Virus record (IMG/VR): IMGVR_UViG_3300048502_000133
Span: 1 to 64,000 of that record
Origin: a virus
Lineage: Duplodnaviria; Caudoviricetes
Direction: 5' to 3' (one strand)
Length of the DNA stretch: 64,000 nt
Shown: positions 61,929-64,000 of the stretch, piece by piece
Layout: each line of letters opens with the position of its first letter
Numbering within the stretch: the first letter of the stretch is position 1
The notes under the pieces: generated by a model
The model's input: only the letters and a program-made list of their open reading frames with translations
Databases searched by the model: none
What the model was told of the DNA's origin: nothing
Program-made: the position numbers and the translations under genes

Positions 61929-62174
61929 CCCCTCCGCCGGTATTTGCTCTCCTGCTTCCCCAGGATCTCCCGTGCGTTCTACACTGCGTACCTGCTCTAC
62001 GCGTAGTACGCTGCCGCGCTCCCAGTGCCGGAAGTTCTGCCCGGCAGTCGGTCCATCCCAGATGACCAGTACCAGCGTCCCGCCGCCCAGCAGGGCGCGC
62101 ACGACGCCCTGCACCTTGTAATTGTTCGCGCGCGTCACGCGATCGCCTGCCTTGAGTACCATCGGGCTTCCCTC

Positions 62175-62465
62175 CTACGCGCTCACCGCCACGCGGTCAC
62201 GACGCACCGCGCGCCGCTCATACCAGTGCAGGGTGCCTACCAGCTTGCCGTTCTCCATCCGCTGGACCCCGTACGGCCCCTGCGCAAAGCGATCCTTGTG
62301 CCCGCGCGACTCGCATGTCTCCGCGTGCCAGCGCTTCTCCCAGACCAACCCGCAGCCCTCGCAGCGCCACAGAGCGCTCTTTACGGTACGCTCCACATAG
62401 GTGCCGGTGATCGTGGGCTCCATGACCGCAGTTTCGCTGGCTTCTACAAACGTACTTTTGCTCAT
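62175..62465 (-). CDS. small Zn-finger-like protein
   Basis: WRCEGCGLVWEKRWHAETC. Confidence 0.55.
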   Translation of the reverse strand: MSKSTFVEASETAVMEPTITGTYVERTVKSALWRCEGCGLVWEKRWHAETCESRGHKDRFAQGPYGVQRMENGKLVGTLHWYERRAVRRDRVAVSA

Positions 62466-62479
62466 TGCCCCGCCCCTCG

Positions 62480-62701
62480 CTACAGGCTTATCGTGCTGCC
62501 CACTACCCACGCTTCAATACGCTGTACCTGCCGGTTCGCCCGGATCGCCCGCCCCTGGGCCGCGCTATATGCTTCTACCCCGTAGGTGCCGCGCTTCCGG
62601 TTACGCGCATCCTGCTCATCACAATTCGCCACATATGCCTTGCGCCGCGCCCGCGCCAATGCTTCTGCCTTATACTCTTCGGTAATGACGATGGTGTTCA
62701 T
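62480..62701 (-). CDS. small hypothetical protein
   Basis: GGGAGAG RBS; first gene after box promoter 11. Confidence 0.55.
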   Translation of the reverse strand: MNTIVITEEYKAEALARARRKAYVANCDEQDARNRKRGTYGVEAYSAAQGRAIRANRQVQRIEAWVVGSTISL

Positions 62702-62741
62702 TGCTGCTCTCCCGTTCGTTCCGTCTCTCTCATCTGGCTAA

Positions 62742-62770
62742 AGCATATCACACGTTGCAACGCGTGTCAA
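62742..62770 (-). promoter_or_regulatory. box promoter 11: TTGACA-17-TATGCT
   Basis: Minus strand TTGACACGCGTTGCAACGTGTGATATGCT. Confidence 0.9.
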
Positions 62771-62792
62771 CTAGCAAAATGGAGCAACATCT

Positions 62793-63212
62793 ATGTCTGT
62801 CTTGATCGGCACCACCACGCACAGCACCCCGATGATGGGCGGCACCCATACACGCTGCGGGCTCCTGTACAACCCGGCAAGCGCGACCTACGATACCGCA
62901 GAGTACAACTGCGCGGTCTGTACCGCGCTCAACGAGTGTGCGGCGCTGGATGCTGACGCGTACTTTGAGCTGGATCAGCGCAACCTGGCGATCCTCCGCG
63001 TAACGGGCGAGGCACCGGCGCCGGTCTTTCCGCCGGACTGCATTGTGATCTCCCGTTCGCTCCTGGCACAACTACCCGTAGAGGAGGCACTGGACCGGCT
63101 CCATAGGGTGTTCTTCGCCATGCCCTCCCCCGCCGCCCTGGCTGCCAGCGACACAGCCCCGGCGACCCTCCTTCCCATCATGGATGTGCAGACGGAAGAA
63201 GCCCCGGCGTGA
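62793..63212 (+). CDS. hypothetical Cys/His protein
   Basis: GGAG RBS; H...TRCG...CAVC. Confidence 0.55.
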   Translation: MSVLIGTTTHSTPMMGGTHTRCGLLYNPASATYDTAEYNCAVCTALNECAALDADAYFELDQRNLAILRVTGEAPAPVFPPDCIVISRSLLAQLPVEEALDRLHRVFFAMPSPAALAASDTAPATLLPIMDVQTEEAPA

Positions 63213-63469
63213 AAGTACTCTTTGCCCCACCCCCGCACAGAAAAGAGCCCCACTGGTCTACCGGGCGCCGCGTGCGCTGCTTTCTCTGCGCTGCTGTCCT
63301 GCAGCTGGAAGACGGCGACGCGCGCGACACCTGGGCCGTTCGCGGCCTCACTGGCGACGCAGGGGCGACGATCACCTGCGGGAACTGCACGAGCCCTCTT
63401 GAGATTCGTCGCGCCGATCGCCAGGACACCACCTACACGTATCCTAGCTGGAGCACCCTGAAGGAATAG
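63209..63469 (+). CDS. Zn-ribbon protein (paralogue of 63473-63775)
   Basis: HWSTGRRVRCFLCAAVLQLE...CGNC. Confidence 0.65.
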   Translation: MKVLFAPPPHRKEPHWSTGRRVRCFLCAAVLQLEDGDARDTWAVRGLTGDAGATITCGNCTSPLEIRRADRQDTTYTYPSWSTLKE

Positions 63470-63472
63470 CGG

Positions 63473-63775
63473 ATGAAACTCATACAACTCCCCCAGACCG
63501 CGAAACCGTTCCTGCACTGGGCACATGGCTGGACGGTGCGCTGCTTCAAGTGCCAGGCCCTCCTGGAGCTGGAACACACCGATCTGCTGCAGCAGCTGGG
63601 CGTTCGCGCCGACAAGGACACAGACGAAGCCCGCGCGTTCTGTATCCACTGCGGTACCGCGTTCAGCGTGCATCGGAACATGCCTATCAGCGAACCCGGC
63701 ACGCCGATCACCGACCATTCCAACATGACGGTAGACGTGCATCCTACAACCAACCCGGTACCCGCAGGAGGCTAG
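63473..63775 (+). CDS. Zn-ribbon protein (paralogue of 63209-63469)
   Basis: HWAHGWTVRCFKCQALLELE...CIHC. Confidence 0.65.
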   Translation: MKLIQLPQTAKPFLHWAHGWTVRCFKCQALLELEHTDLLQQLGVRADKDTDEARAFCIHCGTAFSVHRNMPISEPGTPITDHSNMTVDVHPTTNPVPAGG

Positions 63776-63776
63776 G

Positions 63777-64000
63777 ATGGGCTACGCACCGACACGCTTG
63801 ATTCCTGTCCCGGAGACGGTGCGGCGATCCGCCCGGCTGGTGAGCCTGCATCCCCGCCTGTCTCCGCATGGCAGGCACGCCGCCCGCCTGCTCACGACGC
63901 GCGCCAGCGTCTCCCGCCAGTTCCTGTCCCGGATAGCCCAGGAAATCGAGGCGGCAGACCCCATTGAATCCGCTGCCTGGGGTGGTGGTGCCGCGCGGGC
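63777..64000 (+). CDS. partial CDS running off the window, possibly the start of the head morphogenesis genes
   Basis: AGGAGG RBS, ATG 63777, frame open to the end; identity inferred only from position. Confidence 0.35.
   Translation, partial: MGYAPTRLIPVPETVRRSARLVSLHPRLSPHGRHAARLLTTRASVSRQFLSRIAQEIEAADPIESAAWGGGAAR

Noticed and set aside
26810-62762. CGTTGCAACG as a known host box (Gram-positive LexA CGAAC-N4-GTTCG, CIRCE, Rex, LacI-type)
   Set aside because: Sequence and spacing do not fit these consensuses as I recall them; a database comparison is still needed
1-64000. Genome-wide stop-codon reassignment
   Set aside because: TAA, TAG and TGA all end well-recognised genes (terminase, portal, ARH, AAA+) at expected lengths; coding density is high in the standard code
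1-64000. Prophage boundaries, integrase, tRNA or rRNA genes
   Set aside because: No recombinase motifs, att-like ends, host housekeeping genes or cloverleaf/T-loop signatures were found by eye

Overview
A GC-rich fragment of a tailed bacteriophage genome with a contractile (Mu/P2-like) tail; no host genes, integrase, tRNA, rRNA, CRISPR array or reverse transcriptase are visible. Bases 1-26 are a library amplification adapter (AAGCAGTGGTATCAACGCAGAGTACT), so the tape-measure gene is cut at the left end, and two oddities nearby (a 1-nt frameshift at 696-699 and an exact 648-bp tandem duplication at 5630-6934) may be technical. Layout: 27-19068 (+) tape measure with SLT domain, baseplate (hub-M23 peptidase fusion, spike, wedge, J, I), fibre, a PLD-family protein and a second appendage module; 19079-23047 (+) lysis cassette (holin-like proteins, DUF1906-type lysin, a catalytically degenerate GH-A barrel, a papain-like protease); 23120-43408 (-) about 45 mostly small early/accessory genes (ADP-ribosylglycohydrolase, SAM methyltransferase, nucleotidyltransferase + HD pair, KTSC-MazG fusion, RusA, glycoside hydrolase, NPPY adenine methyltransferase, DnaA-domain-IV-like, Rad52/Sak-like); 43644-51805 (+) HTH, initiator-like gene with a palindromic iteron array, MoxR/RavA AAA+, vWA and DUF6744-like genes, regulators; 51978-57138 (+) ParB-like, terminase, portal; 57205-64000 a second ParB-like gene, a 700-aa fibre-like protein and further small genes. 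The strongest non-gene signal is a regulon of 11 near-identical sigma70-type promoters (consensus TTGACA-CGCGTTGCAACGTATGG-TATGCT) carrying the palindrome CGTTGCAACG; it heads almost every accessory unit, including separate copies in front of the AAA+, vWA and DUF6744-like genes. Two candidate promoter-driven small RNAs (51845-51964, 60609-60727) were also found. All protein family calls are from motif recognition by eye; no searches were run.
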